Below are positions 1 to 11,684 of a stretch of DNA of 64,000 nucleotides, in pieces. This DNA comes from Podarcis erhardii. Lineage: Eukaryota. The stretch lies in the NCBI GenBank assembly GCA_964252035.1, contig OZ176201.1, one strand, 5' to 3'. Made by a program: the position numbers and the translations under genes. The notes under the pieces are model-generated. The model saw nothing but the letters and a program-made list of their open reading frames with translations. It was not told the DNA's origin and did not search any database. The number at the start of each line of letters is the position of its first letter. Within the stretch, counting starts at the first letter, position 1.

Positions 1-1046
1 GGGCTTTAGAGCCTTTAGGTGCCCTCTCTCTCCAAGTCAGTAACAGTGATTCAGCTGTCAGGAAGCCAGGGAAACACTGCCAACCTGCCCCGCTGTCCGT
101 TACTGGGTTACATGAGAAATCAGGGATAGGGGACCATTTCACCCCAATGGACCAGATCTTTATTTCTCAGGGCCAACTTTGACAGCTGGGTTGAAGAGAG
201 GGGACTGTTTTCTTTTGGGGCAGGAATGTGGTGTTTTTTTGTTTTTTTGTTTTTAGAAGCCCACCTATGTTATCAAATCATTCAGCACATGGAAATTCTC
301 AGCACTATCTCTGGTTGTGATCCACGGAAATAAACACAGATCAAAATATAAAAATGTATGATTAGGCAGAAACGGGATGTGCACGAGCCATGGCTGATCG
401 TGAATGAGGGGCATATGTGAGCGGCACGCCCTGTCTTATCACTCCTCCCCTAGCGCAAGTGGAGCGAGGAATCATGAGCCACGACCTTACTATGCCATGC
501 AAACTTAACGCTCATGATTTATTTCTCTCAAACAAACCATGATGGGGAAGCAAAAGAACAAAACATTGGCTTCAGTTACTGGTTTGTTTGGAGACAAACA
601 CCTTAGAGGCTTAGAGGTCCCAGCAAGGCAAAGGTCATGATGTGTTGCTCATGCCAGGGGATGAGTGAAGCGGGAGCGATTTGGCAGCAAGCTTTTATTG
701 CTTACCATGTTGTCCAAACATGACTGCTGAGGTTTTGAGTACCAGCATCAATTCATGGAGTGTGCCAAGCACAATGCCCCAAGAAAGGATGTATTCTTGC
801 TTCATGTGTTCAATTACCATCTGGCAGGCCCTGAAGGGTATGAAGTTCCCTGGACATTACAAAAAATTCCCATGGGCAGTCGCTTGTTCGCACCAAGATT
901 GGTTCATGTGTATTTATGCCACCAACACCTCCTGGAGCAGAGCATTGTCAGCCCGGTTTAGAGCTAGGGTAATTAGATCACAGTGCATGCATCCAATGTA
1001 GCATACCACAGAGTAGCCCTCTAGAGCCATGTCCCCAGCCCATTAC

Positions 1047-1248
1047 CTGAATATGACAAGCCACGCCAGCCGTAGGGGACTCTGTGCTCTTTTAGCTTCT
1101 CCCAGGTCTCCGGGGTGAAGTGCTGCTTCTCCATCAGCACCGGGATGCCAAAATCAAACTGCTTCCTCATCGTTGGGTCCACCTTTACTTTGGACTTCAG
1201 TGAGTGGGGACACAAACCAGACTGAGAAAGGCTTGGCGTGAGCAAATC
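1047..1248 (-). CDS. ST6GALNAC2: ST6GalNAc II, coding exon 3 (DLLTPSLSQSGLCPHSLKSKVKVDPTMRKQFDFGIPVLMEKQHFTPETWEKLKEHRVPYGWRGLSYS); later exons lie beyond the left edge
   Basis: Translation matches the ST6GalNAc II segment (mammalian IPVLLWGDLFTPALWDRLSQHKAPYGWRGLS). Acceptor ttctaccactttag at 1249; donor CAG|GTAATG at 1046. Phase 0 to 1. An alternative in-frame acceptor starts the exon at 1221. Confidence 0.9.
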
Positions 1249-3292
1249 CTAAAGTGGTAGAAGTTAACATCCGTCAATATTTCTTTGGAATGTCTACTTA
1301 GGTAGGTCACAGAGAAGACTGGCAAAGAACATAGAACAACCTTAACAAAGCCCCAAATTATATACAGGAGTTCTCAGTTACAACACTACAAACACATGTT
1401 CATTGATAAAAACATTCCTGCACTCGGAAAACTCTAATGCTGAGATCAGGGGCGATTTTGCCAAATCAAGCAAAGAAACAGAACTTGAAAAAGCCTGTTG
1501 ACATCTTTGGTTCTTGCCCAATGGCAGTGACAGAACCACAACAGACCACTGAACCCAAAGGGGAGGAAACAGTAGTCGGAGCAACGTTGTACAGAGGTTT
1601 GGGCTACATCCTCTGGGTTTGCTTAGCCTGAGCAGCTGCGCTAAACGTAATGTGGGATGAAGCCATGCAGGAGACTGGAACAGCCCTGGTGGGAGAGGTG
1701 GGAAGTCAGGTGTGCTGAATCAGTGCATCTGATCTCTTAACAGTTTTTCTGTGTCCTGAGAAGGGGTTGCTGGATTTCCGTTGTCTGTTAAAACTTCCAG
1801 TGGGCAGCAGCTATCAGGTCACTAGTTCAGGGAATTACGCCTGTACTGAAGGTACGTTGTTTAATTAGTTGACTGTTAAGGGTTGATGCTGCTCAGGACT
1901 AAACAAATGTTCCGCCCACACAGACACAACCCACTTGTGTAGCAGTTTTGTTTTGCTTTGCTTTGCCCTTTCTTTGGGGTCAGCTCTTTCCTGCATCCCA
2001 TAACACTTGATGGTACAGGAAGGAAGGGAGTGTATGACTATTTACAAGCTGCACTGAATATTGAACAAAGAAATGGTGGAGGAGTATTGCAAGCACCAGA
2101 GTGGGGTGGGGGCAAGAATCAGGGTTTAGGGAACTGTTTTTCTCTTCTCCTTGTGGGTCAGAGGAGAAAGCCTAAGATTTGTGGTTCTTCCTCCTTTGCT
2201 GTGACTCATGAGAGGATAAAAATACATGTTCTGGGATGTGGGGTTGGAGATCAACGCTTTTTCACTTCTCGGCAACTCTGTAAAATAGCATTCCATACCA
2301 TCATACAAGTCAGATAATTTAGTGCACTAAACGAAGCATTCCAAATTTACTTCTATGAGCTTAAAGTCAGATGTTAAACAGCAGCGAAGAATCGTATTCC
2401 TAGCTCCCACTGTTTGATGCATTTGCACTGGCTATGTAAATACGCTGCCCATGATTAAAAGCCTGCCATTAACATCAAAGGCAGATTCACACGGGCTGCA
2501 CGGATGACATCTGCTGCTAGACGGATGATTTGAATGTCAAAATTTGAATTCCAATTTTGGGGGCCAAATACCAATTTTTAAAGTCAAATATGGATGGTAT
2601 TTGAGTTCTGATGAGAACGTCCAAGGCAAGCATCAGAATCCAAATATTGTGCAGCGGAGTCAACCTAAGCATGCTCGTGGCTGGGTTTTTGTTTTTTTAA
2701 AAATATATTCAACTCATAGCCAAAAACATCTGCAGAAATTCTGATTTTATTTATTTTGACGGGATACCTTTTCAGATGCCGCTCTTGCGCAATGACCCTC
2801 AAAGTGGCCTACAATAAAAATAAAGTGAAGCAGCAGCCAAATTCTCTGATAATTTCTGTGATCGCAAGGGTTGGCGTGAGGATAAGGATACTGCTGGCTT
2901 TTTTCAGAGTGAAAAAAGCATTAACCAGGGAAAGTGATATCCCCCTTAGGAAAGGACCCGACAGATGGAGGAATGGGTTCTTTTCAGACAAAGTTACTGG
3001 ACAATACAGTTATTCTCCATTTACTGTGCGCATTTCAAGGCTCCATGTCTCTGGAGCTCTCTCCCCAAGGAAGTACACATGGCCCCACCTTTGTTACCTT
3101 TGCAATATACCTTTTCCAAAAAAAAAAAAAAAAGGTTGCAGACAGTGTTGTGTTGGGCTTTTAAACAGCTGTTGTGAGTATTTAGTTCTTTCACTGGTTT
3201 GTTTCATAAATCTATTTTTTTTAAAAAAGCATGAAGGGCCTTTGACTTGAAAGGCAGAATGTAGATTTGTGGGTGAATAAGATACATGAAGA

Positions 3293-3642
3293 GGGACGTG
3301 GGTGGCGCTGTGGGTTAAACCACAGAGCCTAGGACTTGCCGATCAGAAGGTTGGCGGTTTGAATCCCTGCAACGGGGTGAGCTCCCGTTGCTCGGTCCCT
3401 GCTGCTGCCAACCTAGCAGTTTGAAAGCACGTCAAAGCGCAAGTAGATAAATAGGCACCGCTCCGGCGGGAAGGTAAACGGCGTTTCCGTGTGCTGCTCT
3501 GGTTCGCCAGAAGTGGCTTAGTCATGCTGGCCACATGACCAGGAAGCTGTACGCCGGCTCCCTCGGCCAATAAAGCGAGATGAGCGCCGCAACCCCAGAA
3601 TCGGCCACAACTGGACCTAATGGTCAGGGGTCCCTTTACCTT
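3293..3642 (+). mobile_element. Sauria SINE (Squam1-type), full length
   Basis: tRNA-like head GGGACGTGGGTGGCGCTG, body ...ATCAGAAGGTTGGCGGTTTGAATCC..., tail GGTCCCTTTACCTTT. 13-bp TSD TAAGATACATGAA (3278-3290 and 3643-3655). Confidence 0.9.
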
Positions 3643-3826
3643 TAAGATACATGAAATAGACATCCCTGCAGATTTTGCATCAGTTCTCGGCAACTGCCTT
3701 TTCCTTGCAAATTACTGTATAATGCTGAATTGACCAGGAAAATGTAAGATCTACCGTAGGTTCAAAATCTACTTAAAGCATACTAGGAGATTTTGGGCAT
3801 GTCACTGATGCCTTGCAGTAACCCTT

Positions 3827-3830
<4 letters not shown>

Positions 3831-3885
<55 letters not shown>

Positions 3886-3900
3886 TGAAAGAGAGAGAGA
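3831..3900. repeat. Compound microsatellite (CT)19(GT)~10-(GA)n
   Basis: Read directly. Confidence 0.95.
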
Positions 3901-4057
3901 GGGAAAGTGAGCAAAGCATCCTAAAGTATTTTGTTTATTATGTTGAATTCAAACTTAAGTCTTACTCGGAGTAGTAATTCAATGGGATTTAAATTAGTCA
4001 CAACTAAGTTTAGCTTTAAGCAATTATTAATATAATTTATCATTATAAATTCTAAAC

Positions 4058-4088
<31 letters not shown>

Positions 4089-4816
4089 TGCATTATATGA
4101 ATATGCTACACATTTCTCTGTTAAGTCTTAAGATATCATAACCAAATTCTGCAGGATGGTTCCCAAGATCAAGGAAAAGCTTTTCATCTATGTCTGGGGA
4201 CATCAGGGTGCCATTTTGAATTGAGCTGGCAGACTGAGCCTTTCAAAGCTTCACTGATTTTAACCAATGATTGCAAACTTATGCTGATTTGTTGTTGCTG
4301 TTGCTCCTTAGAATCCCCAAAGATTGCCAGGTATGAGGTATTCAAGTCCTGTGGATTTCAGTGCATCTGCTCTGAGTGTTAATTGAGTGAGACCATCAAC
4401 TGATAAATTTTCACAGCATGCAACGCTTTTCCACTAAGCACACCTGACGCTAAGGCACTCTGTGGCTTAGAAGTCCAGAATTTCATTTTCAGAGGTTGTT
4501 CCTCTTGGTTGTAAACTAGCAAGCAAGAAAGTGAGGGATATACCTGTATTCGTGCCATGCCTGTTCCAGAGACATGTGGTCAACCTCTCTAACTCTGAAT
4601 TAGAAACAAGTGTTGTGGAAGATTAACTCTTACGATGTGAGCCTTGAATAGCAGAGAGTAAATAGTTTTGTCTTTATTTAGTTTTTAATGTTTGATGTTT
4701 TGCTATGTTTTACATGTGCTGTAAGCACATTATGATGATGATGTCTGGGTGCTGACCTGCTTTTGGGAAGGGGACAAAGGCAAGGAAGTCCTTAGAATGA
4801 AGGATGGACTTGTTAC

Positions 4817-4874
4817 CTTCTCCTTAGGATGATTAAGAATTCCTCTCTCAGATGAATTTTTGGTTGGGTTCCCC
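4817..4874 (-). CDS. ST6GALNAC2: ST6GalNAc II, coding exon 2 (58 nt, (R)GNPTKNSSERGILNHPKEK; stem region)
   Basis: Not in the ORF track. Strong acceptor ctccttttcctgctgttttcattctag and donor AAG|GTAACA. The 3n+1 length supplies the phase 2 to 0 bridge needed between exons 1 and 3, with an open frame. Confidence 0.75.
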
Positions 4875-6730
4875 CTAGAATGAAAACAGCAGGAAAAGGA
4901 GACTGACTTTCACGCACAAACATTTGTTCACTGTATACTGAGATGCCTACACTATCCAACAACCCTTTCTAAGGGTTTGCTCAACTTCCAGTGATTTAGA
5001 TATGAAATCTAGACCCTTTTATAGCCATGGAACAGTTACAGATTGATGAACCTGTTGTACTGGGTCTGTCCCATTGCCATCCAGCCCACAGGAAGCATTA
5101 AAGAGCATATATCAACATTGCAGTGCACTTATGAAGATGAAACCTGTGATACTGTTTGCCTGGGGTGACGATCAGAATGTTCAGTTGCTCAAGGAACTAA
5201 ACACTTGGTAGTTGTAATTCTGTGAGGAAAGGGGAAGTTGTCAGCATGGCTGGATTTAAAAGGTTGCATGTGGCAGGTTAGGAATTGGGAAGGAAACCTG
5301 GATGCTGGGAAATCAAGGGCCAGGGAGTCCAAAGACAAGAAAGATGAAGGAAGGAAAGGTGCAGGGCAAACCATGGAATATGAAAGACAAAACTGGGAAG
5401 AGGGGGTTAGGGCTGCAAACTACTGTCAGGAGGGAAGTGGGCAAGCCTAGGACACTGGGGAACTATGGAATCAAGAAGGTTATTAGCCAACATGGTGCCC
5501 TCAGAACCCTCTGGGCTACAACCCCCAGGAGCTCCAGCCTAAATCCTGACAGCGCAAATCTGCTAGCTGTGACTTATCTCGGCCCTGACATCCCTCTAGG
5601 GGCAAGAAGGACCCAGAAGAAGTGGGTGACTGAATCAAATGCATCGATTTTAAGTAACCACCCAATTCTCTGGCAACATTTCTGTGAGGAAGGGTTCACT
5701 CCAGCCTCACTCACCTCTTTGTGATGCTTTCTCTGGGCAGACTGTGGTTCCTGACATCTTGGGGAATTTCTGCTTGCGCTGGCCCCAGTGTCTCCCGCTG
5801 CAGCAGTCTGGAATACAGTAACAGAAGCAGGTGGAGAAGTTATGTATGGAATTCTCATTTCATGCCAGCATTCCTATAGGTTTCGCCTCCAGAGACATCC
5901 ATTTTATTCCACATCCATGATTATTTGTGCCCATGACACTACTGGATCCGTCACACACAATACCACTATCTATAGTTTGCATTTCTAAATGATTTGGGAT
6001 GGTTTGCATGAAATAGTCCATGCATATCCCATAATCTCCTGCTGAAATCCCATAACCTTTTGTTATGGATTATTTGTTCTGGATTATGTTCTGGATTATT
6101 TTTGTCCTAGGTTTGTTCTACCGTAGCCCCTACAGACAGCAATGACCACCCCCTAGTGGAGCAGCAATAAAACTGCTAGCACATTTGCAAAGCTAAGCAG
6201 GGTCCAATATGGGTTTCAAATTGGATGGGGAACCATTTTGTAGAGATTGCTGAAAAGCAGAGGGTTGGGCTAGATGACCCTCAGGGTCCCTTTGAGTTCT
6301 ATGATAGCACTGGGGAAGCATTGCAGAACAAACTCAAGCAGGATAAATCCACCACTAATGCACTTATTATTGTGTCAAGGACACGTTGCAAAGTGTGCCT
6401 GCAAGAACACCAGTCTGGAGAGGCCCTCAATCTGAGCTGCCACATAGCTCAGTTCTTAGATCTTGCAAACTTTGTGTGACTTTAGCTCTGAGGTATGTAG
6501 CTGTCAGTGTTTAGCAAAACTCCTGAATTAACTCATAATTTAGATGCTGAGGAATAACGTGTTCCACCATAAAGCATGGCAGCATGAAGCAATTCCTCCC
6601 CCTCCCCCCAGTTTTTGCACAACACCTTAACTATACAATGAATTTAGATCTCAGAACACCAGTGCTGGTTTCCTTGTTTTTACATTGCAGGTGAAGTAGA
6701 AACAAGCATGGAGAATGTGGAGTTCAAGTA

Positions 6731-6923
6731 CAGTGATACCTTGGGTTAAGTACTTAATTCGTTCCGGAGGTCCATTCTTAACCTGAAGCACCACTTTAGC
6801 TAATGGGGCCTCCTGCTGCTGTCATGCTGCTGGAGCATGATTTCTGTTCTCATCCTGAAGCAAAGTTCTTAACCTGAAGCACTATTTCTGGGTTAGCGGA
6901 GTCTGTAACCTGAAGCGTATGTA
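6731..6923. mobile_element. Tigger-like MITE, right TIR missing
   Basis: TA|CAGTGATACCTTGGGTTAAG start; body aligns to 38388-38629; stops at GCGTATGTAA. Confidence 0.85.
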
Positions 6924-8756
6924 ATAGGCACATTAAAAAAACAACAACACAACCTTCTCTACTGGACTTCCCAGTGCTTGTAGGAATCCCAGTTTGTTCA
7001 AACTTGGCCTGAGTTGGTAAAAGGATCCACAAAGAAGGAGCAAAAGGCATTTGGGGGGCGGGGCGGGGGGAGCAAGGGTATAAGGACACGTTCCAACAAG
7101 ATGCAGAAACTTGCAACGCCAGAGTCTTGTGGTAAAACTGAAACCGGCCCATCCACATTTTCTTAGCTTGAACCGGTGTGATTTGGCAATCTCTTGCTTG
7201 GCGCAGGGCTGTTTCTCAACCATGCCTTTTGCAGAGGTGAGGTGGTTAGAGTGCCTCTCTATGGCTCTAAAACCCACTAAAGCAATGAAGCACACTGGGC
7301 TACTGAGAGGATAAAAAAGGAAGGGATGAGGATAAAATGGGGAGAGAATCAGAAATGCTGCCTTGAACTCCCTGGTAGTAAGGCAGAGTATCTGTGTAAC
7401 GAATGAATCAATGAATAAACAAATGTTATAAGAAAGATGCGTGGCAAACCTACATCTAATCAAACTTCTCTGCGCTGCCCAACTGCCTCATATTATTAGG
7501 CAAGGCAGGAACGTTGTTGTCTTGAATGGCAAGCCAGACTTCTTCCTGTTCCTACAAGGCTTAGCGGGCCAGAGACAAATGAGACATGCTGGCCCTGATT
7601 CAGGGACATTCCTGCACAACAGCAGGCTGCCTGCCGGAGGCTTTGCAGGATGATCCCCCTCCTTCTCCCCATCAAAGAGATGATTAACGCTGTCAGCTTA
7701 GATTGGAACAGTGCTTAGACTTCGCCACACACAATCCGCACATGGGAGATGTGAGTTGGCAACTCTCATCCTCTGCCTGGCATTGCATCTGTGGCAAAGG
7801 AACACAACACCTGCACAATGCCTGGCCAGGTGCTGGATCTAGGGATTTTGCATGCAGATCTGCTCCTCTGGATCTGAGTTCCCATACTTTGCCTTCAGTA
7901 GAATACCAAACTCCAAGGAGTGTGGATTTTTATGTCCAGCTGCTTAATATTGGTATTAAGTATCCAAAGCCTCCTTTGTGGCTCTGGGCCAGTAACAACA
8001 GGTGTGAATTTATGGCTCAGATCAGTGCAGCAGATCACCTCAGCCATTTGGATCATGGAGGATGTCTGCTGAGGGCTACTAGCCATGATGGCTATGTTCC
8101 CTTCTCCACTGTCAGAGGCAATATGCCTCCAAACACCAGTTGCTGAATACCAACCCTATTCATGCTTCCCAATATCTGCAAATCACCGATTGGGAGAGTA
8201 CTAATGCACTCAGGTCCTGCCTGTGGTTTTCCATAGGCCTCTGGTTGACCACAGTGAAAACAAGATGGCGGACTAGAAGGGCCATGGGCCTGATCCAGCA
8301 GGGGGGCTCTTACGATCTTATCAGTGTTGGTGCCAGGGATCACAACTCTTCTGCAGGGCCCCCACTTCCAATCTCTGGAGCCCCTTGGCCCCACTTCTCC
8401 TCCCCTTACCCCCTTTGACAATGCAAGTGGTGACTCGAGTGAGGAGACAGAGCAGCATGCTGTCCTTTGGGGTGGTGTGAGGCTGCAGCCCAGAGAAAGA
8501 GGGCAAGCAAATGGAGGCAGCAGTGAGGAAGAGATGTCCCCCCAAACCTGGAACCGACGCTGACTTTGATGGTCAGCTGGTATCAACCTGCAGGATAGGA
8601 GCAGGTTGAATGGGATGAGGAGGCAGGGAGAGCTGCTGCAAGAAATGCTTTTGTTTTGTTTTGCTGTGGAGACCACCCCACCAACCTCAGTCTCCCCTCC
8701 GTCAGTCCCTCAACCCATACCCCTGGTGGCATTGCTTGTAACCCTCCTCCTCCTTA

Positions 8757-8920
8757 GGTTGTGTACATACATTCAAAGCGCATTCTTTCCCTCAAAGAAT
8801 TATGGGCACTGTGGTTTGCTAAGGGTTGCTATGAATTGTAATTCTGTGAGGGGTAAACTACACTACCCATAATTCTTTGAGGGGAAGAATGTGCTTTAAG
8901 AGTGTCGTGTGTACACAGTC
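8757..8920. mobile_element. PIF/Harbinger-like fold-back MITE
   Basis: GG(T)TGTGTACA...TGTACACAG(T)C termini with about 55-bp imperfect arms; 3-bp TTA TSD (8754-8756 and 8921-8923). Confidence 0.75.
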
Positions 8921-9541
8921 TTAGTCTCAGTGTTGCCCTTGAGGATGGGGACAAAACTAGAATTACCTGTCTCCCCCTGTCTCCCAAGGGCTGCGGTTGC
9001 ATGCCCACTGTTGGTCTCCCTGCCACTCTCAATGGGCATCAGCCCCCGCTGTTTATTTTAAATCTGCTATGGTTACCTCAGCGTTCTCTAGAGCAACCAT
9101 ATTTGCATTTCTGAACGTTACTGTTTGTTACTATTTAAGGACTATTGTTGCTGCAAACCTAACACAGCCTGACCGTGTGTTGCTTCTTTGCCTTGCAATA
9201 ATTGCTCAACCAGTACATTTTTACATAAAGGGATTATTACAAAAGACGCAAGTTTTCCAGTCCACGTTCTTTGGAAAGCGAATGGAACAACTCTCCAGCC
9301 TTCTCTCCTTGGAAAGCAAGGAGACCCCGTTAAAAGCAGAGGCTGTGAACGTCTTCCACTATCGGGGAAACAAGGAGCACAAAGTATATTTGGGAAATCC
9401 AAAGGGTTGATCCAGCCAAAGAGCCCAGTTAAATTTATTGTGGATAAGAAAACAGCTTCAGGATCCCTGCCCCATGCAGGAAGATCCTGACTATTATTAA
9501 TCTGACTAACAGATAGGTAGCCGTGTTGGTCTGCCATAGTC

Positions 9542-9681
9542 AAAACAAAAAATTCCTTCCAGTAGCACCTTAAAGACCAACTAAGTTAGTTCTAGGTATG
9601 AGCTTTCGTGTGTATCTGAAGAAGTGTGCATGCACACGAAAGCTCATACCTAGAACTAACCTGGAAGGAATTTTTTGTTTT
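9542..9681. mobile_element. Penelope-like element remnant: two inverted pseudo-LTR fragments forming a fold-back
   Basis: Perfect inverted arms 9542-9562/9661-9681 (21 bp) and 9585-9612/9633-9660 (28 bp). Sequence CACGAAAGCTCATACC...TTGGTCTTTAAGGTGCTACTGGAAG is the typical reptile PLE tail. Confidence 0.75.
9612..9649 (+). ncRNA. Minimal type I hammerhead-ribozyme-like motif
   Basis: GTAT-CTGAAGA-A-GTGTG(CATG)CACAC-GAAA-GCT-C-ATAC: stem I, CUGANGA, stem II, GAAA, palindromic AGCU stem III and a CUC cleavage triplet. Confidence 0.6.
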
Positions 9682-10236
9682 AATCTGATTAACTTTATTC
9701 TGAAATAAAATCAATCACAGGGCCCAATCTGGAACATGCTTCTGGATCAGATTCCTTTTTTCTGCTGGAAAATGCCCCTTCCCTGGCTGCTATTTGCTCC
9801 CGAAGGTGCTGTTGGCAGTAAACATGCATTTGGGTTGCTGAAGTATCAGCCATAAGATTAACAATTTGCAGGAGAAATCAGTGCAGGACTGACCTCAATC
9901 AAACATGCAGTACATTCCACACTGAGGACCTGAAACTGGATTTTCTTCCAAATGATAGTGGTCAGATGAAGGATTATTATCATTATTATTATTTAAAGCA
10001 AGCATGCTACTGATCTAGAGGTGTCCATGAGAATTTCAAAGGAATTCTACTTGAATGATTTCAAAAGGAGGCACCAGTATGAGATGCTGTATTACTTACT
10101 GAGCAAGGAATCTTGGCCGGAAAAAAGACAATGGCTTCCTTTCCTACAACAGCATAACTCAGTTTTGCCAAGTTGATTGTATCTGTCACTGCTTCCTGTA
10201 AAGAAGCACTTGAGCTTGTTTTGAGCAACTGTAATT

Positions 10237-10490
10237 CAGGCATGTCCAACCGGTTGATCGCCGGGGCACTGCAGGTCGATCGCGGGATTAAATAAATTGG
10301 GCAATGACAACTCTGAGCACTCCCCTCTAAAAGAAGCTCAACAATTTTGGGCACTCCCCCCCCAAAAAAATAGCTCAACAACTTTGGGCGCTCCCCCCAA
10401 AATAAGCTCAACAACTCTAGGCAATGGCAATGGGTAGAACACTGCCTTTTTTATACTGGGAGTAGATCACAGTCTCTTGGGAGTTATCTG
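10237..10490. mobile_element. hAT-like MITE with internal 33-35 bp tandem repeat
   Basis: Starts CAGGCATGTCCAACCGGTTGATCGC; ends near GTAGATCACAGTCTCTTGGGAGTT. Three AAGCTCAACAA(C/T)TTTGGGC-type units at about 10322-10423. Confidence 0.55.
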
Positions 10491-10541
10491 TACTTGTTGC
10501 ATCTCATTGCTTCTAATGTCTATGTACTTTGCATGTGTATA

Positions 10542-10817
10542 AAAAGGACCCCTGACAGTTAAGTCCAGTTGCAGTGCTCATCTCGTTTTAGTGGTCAAAG
10601 TCCCACGTTTGTCTGCAGACAGCTTCCGGATCACGTGGCCAGCATGACTAAGTCGCTTCTGGCGAGCCAGAGCAGCACACGGAAACGCTGTTTACCTTCC
10701 CACTGGAGCGGTACCTATTTATCTACTTGCACTTTGACGTGCTTTTAAACTGCTGACCTTCTGATTGGCAAGCCCAAGAGGCTCTGTGGTTTAGACCACA
10801 GCGCCACCTGCGTCCCC
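10542..10817 (-). mobile_element. Sauria SINE, internally deleted variant
   Basis: Reverse complement of the 3293 copy with about 70 bp missing after the B-box region. TSD TTGCATGTGTATA (10529-10541 and 10818-10830). Confidence 0.88.
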
Positions 10818-10865
10818 TTGCATGTGTATACATACCTGCAATTTAAGATTAATATTACCATTCCT

Positions 10866-10935
10866 GCATCTGATGATGTGGCCTCTAGTCCACACAAGTT
10901 CATGCTAATTTTTTAATCTTTAAAGTGTCACAGGA
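10866..10935 (+). mobile_element. Older Penelope-like pLTR remnant with decayed hammerhead motif
   Basis: GCAT-CTGATGA-TGTGG..CCAC-ACAAG-TTC-ATGC followed by ...TCTTTAAAGTGTCACAGG, resembling the PLE tail TCTTTAAGGTGCCAC. Confidence 0.5.
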
Positions 10936-11043
10936 ACCTTCATTGTTGTTGTTGTTTGCATATTTAAGGTAGCAATCCTTGCACACTTACCTGGGAGAAA
11001 GTCCCATTGAATGCAGTAGGCCTTTCTGCTGAGTAAGCATGCA

Positions 11044-11323
11044 AAGAAGAAGGAGGAGGAGGAGGAGGAGGAGGAGAAGAAGAAGAAGAGGAGTTTGGAT
11101 TTGATATCCCGCTTTATCACTACGCTAAGGAGTCTCAAAGCGGCTAACATTCTCCTTTCCCTTCCTCCCCCACAACAAACACTCTGTGAGGTGAGTGGGG
11201 CTGAGAGACTTCAGAGAAGTGTGACTGGCCCAAGGTCACCCAGCAGCTGCATGTGGAGGAGCGGAGACGCGAACCCGGTTCCCCAGATTACGAGTCTACC
11301 TCTCTTAACCACTACACCAAACT
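11044..11323 (-). mobile_element. tRNA-derived CORE-type SINE with (CTT/CTC)n tail (Squam3-like)
   Basis: Minus strand reads AGTTTGGTGTAGTGGTTAAG (A box), GGGTTCGCGTCTCC (B box), GGGTGACCTTGGGCCAGTCAC (CORE-like), then a tail ending in (CTT)n/(CTC)n. Confidence 0.8.
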
Positions 11324-11555
11324 AGGATTTGTTTTCACCTCTAGGTTGGTGAGATTTACGGTAAGCATGTGCTTCACTCCTATAGTGAAACAAATTGATT
11401 GTCAAATGTGTTCAAGTATCACTGGATCATGCCGTAGGTCTGGACAAATCAGCATATCTGCATGTGAAAACCATTATTTTACTGTACTTAAAGAAGGAGC
11501 AAGTAGTTACAGAGTTATTGTAAAAAGTACAATGAATGAACAGGAAGCATTTTGA

Positions 11556-11684
11556 GCCTGCATACACACCATCGATTTAAAGGTTACTGGAAAATGCAGC
11601 ACTGTGAGAGATAAACTACAGTTCCCAGTACATTTTTTTTAAGGGGCAGGGACGGTGCTTTAAATGTATGGTGTGTATACAACC
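11556..11684. mobile_element. PIF/Harbinger-like MITE, internally deleted
   Basis: GCCTGCATACACACCAT ... ATGGTGTGTATACAACC termini; TGA TSD; AAACTACAGTTCCCA core. Confidence 0.7.

Noticed and set aside
8325-8750. TGTTGG-starting purine-rich block resembling lizard Gypsy LTRs (similar block at 32760-33110)
   Set aside because: No matching CA end with a TSD could be found, so boundaries and class are unsupported.
8997-9410. 137-aa + strand ORF that looks protein-like
   Set aside because: No recognisable domain or splice structure; antisense within an intron; length within chance expectation.
10322-10423. Regularly spaced 33-35 bp repeats superficially like a CRISPR array (also 59945-60145)
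   Set aside because: Vertebrate DNA, no unique spacers and no cas genes; these are tandem repeats inside MITEs.
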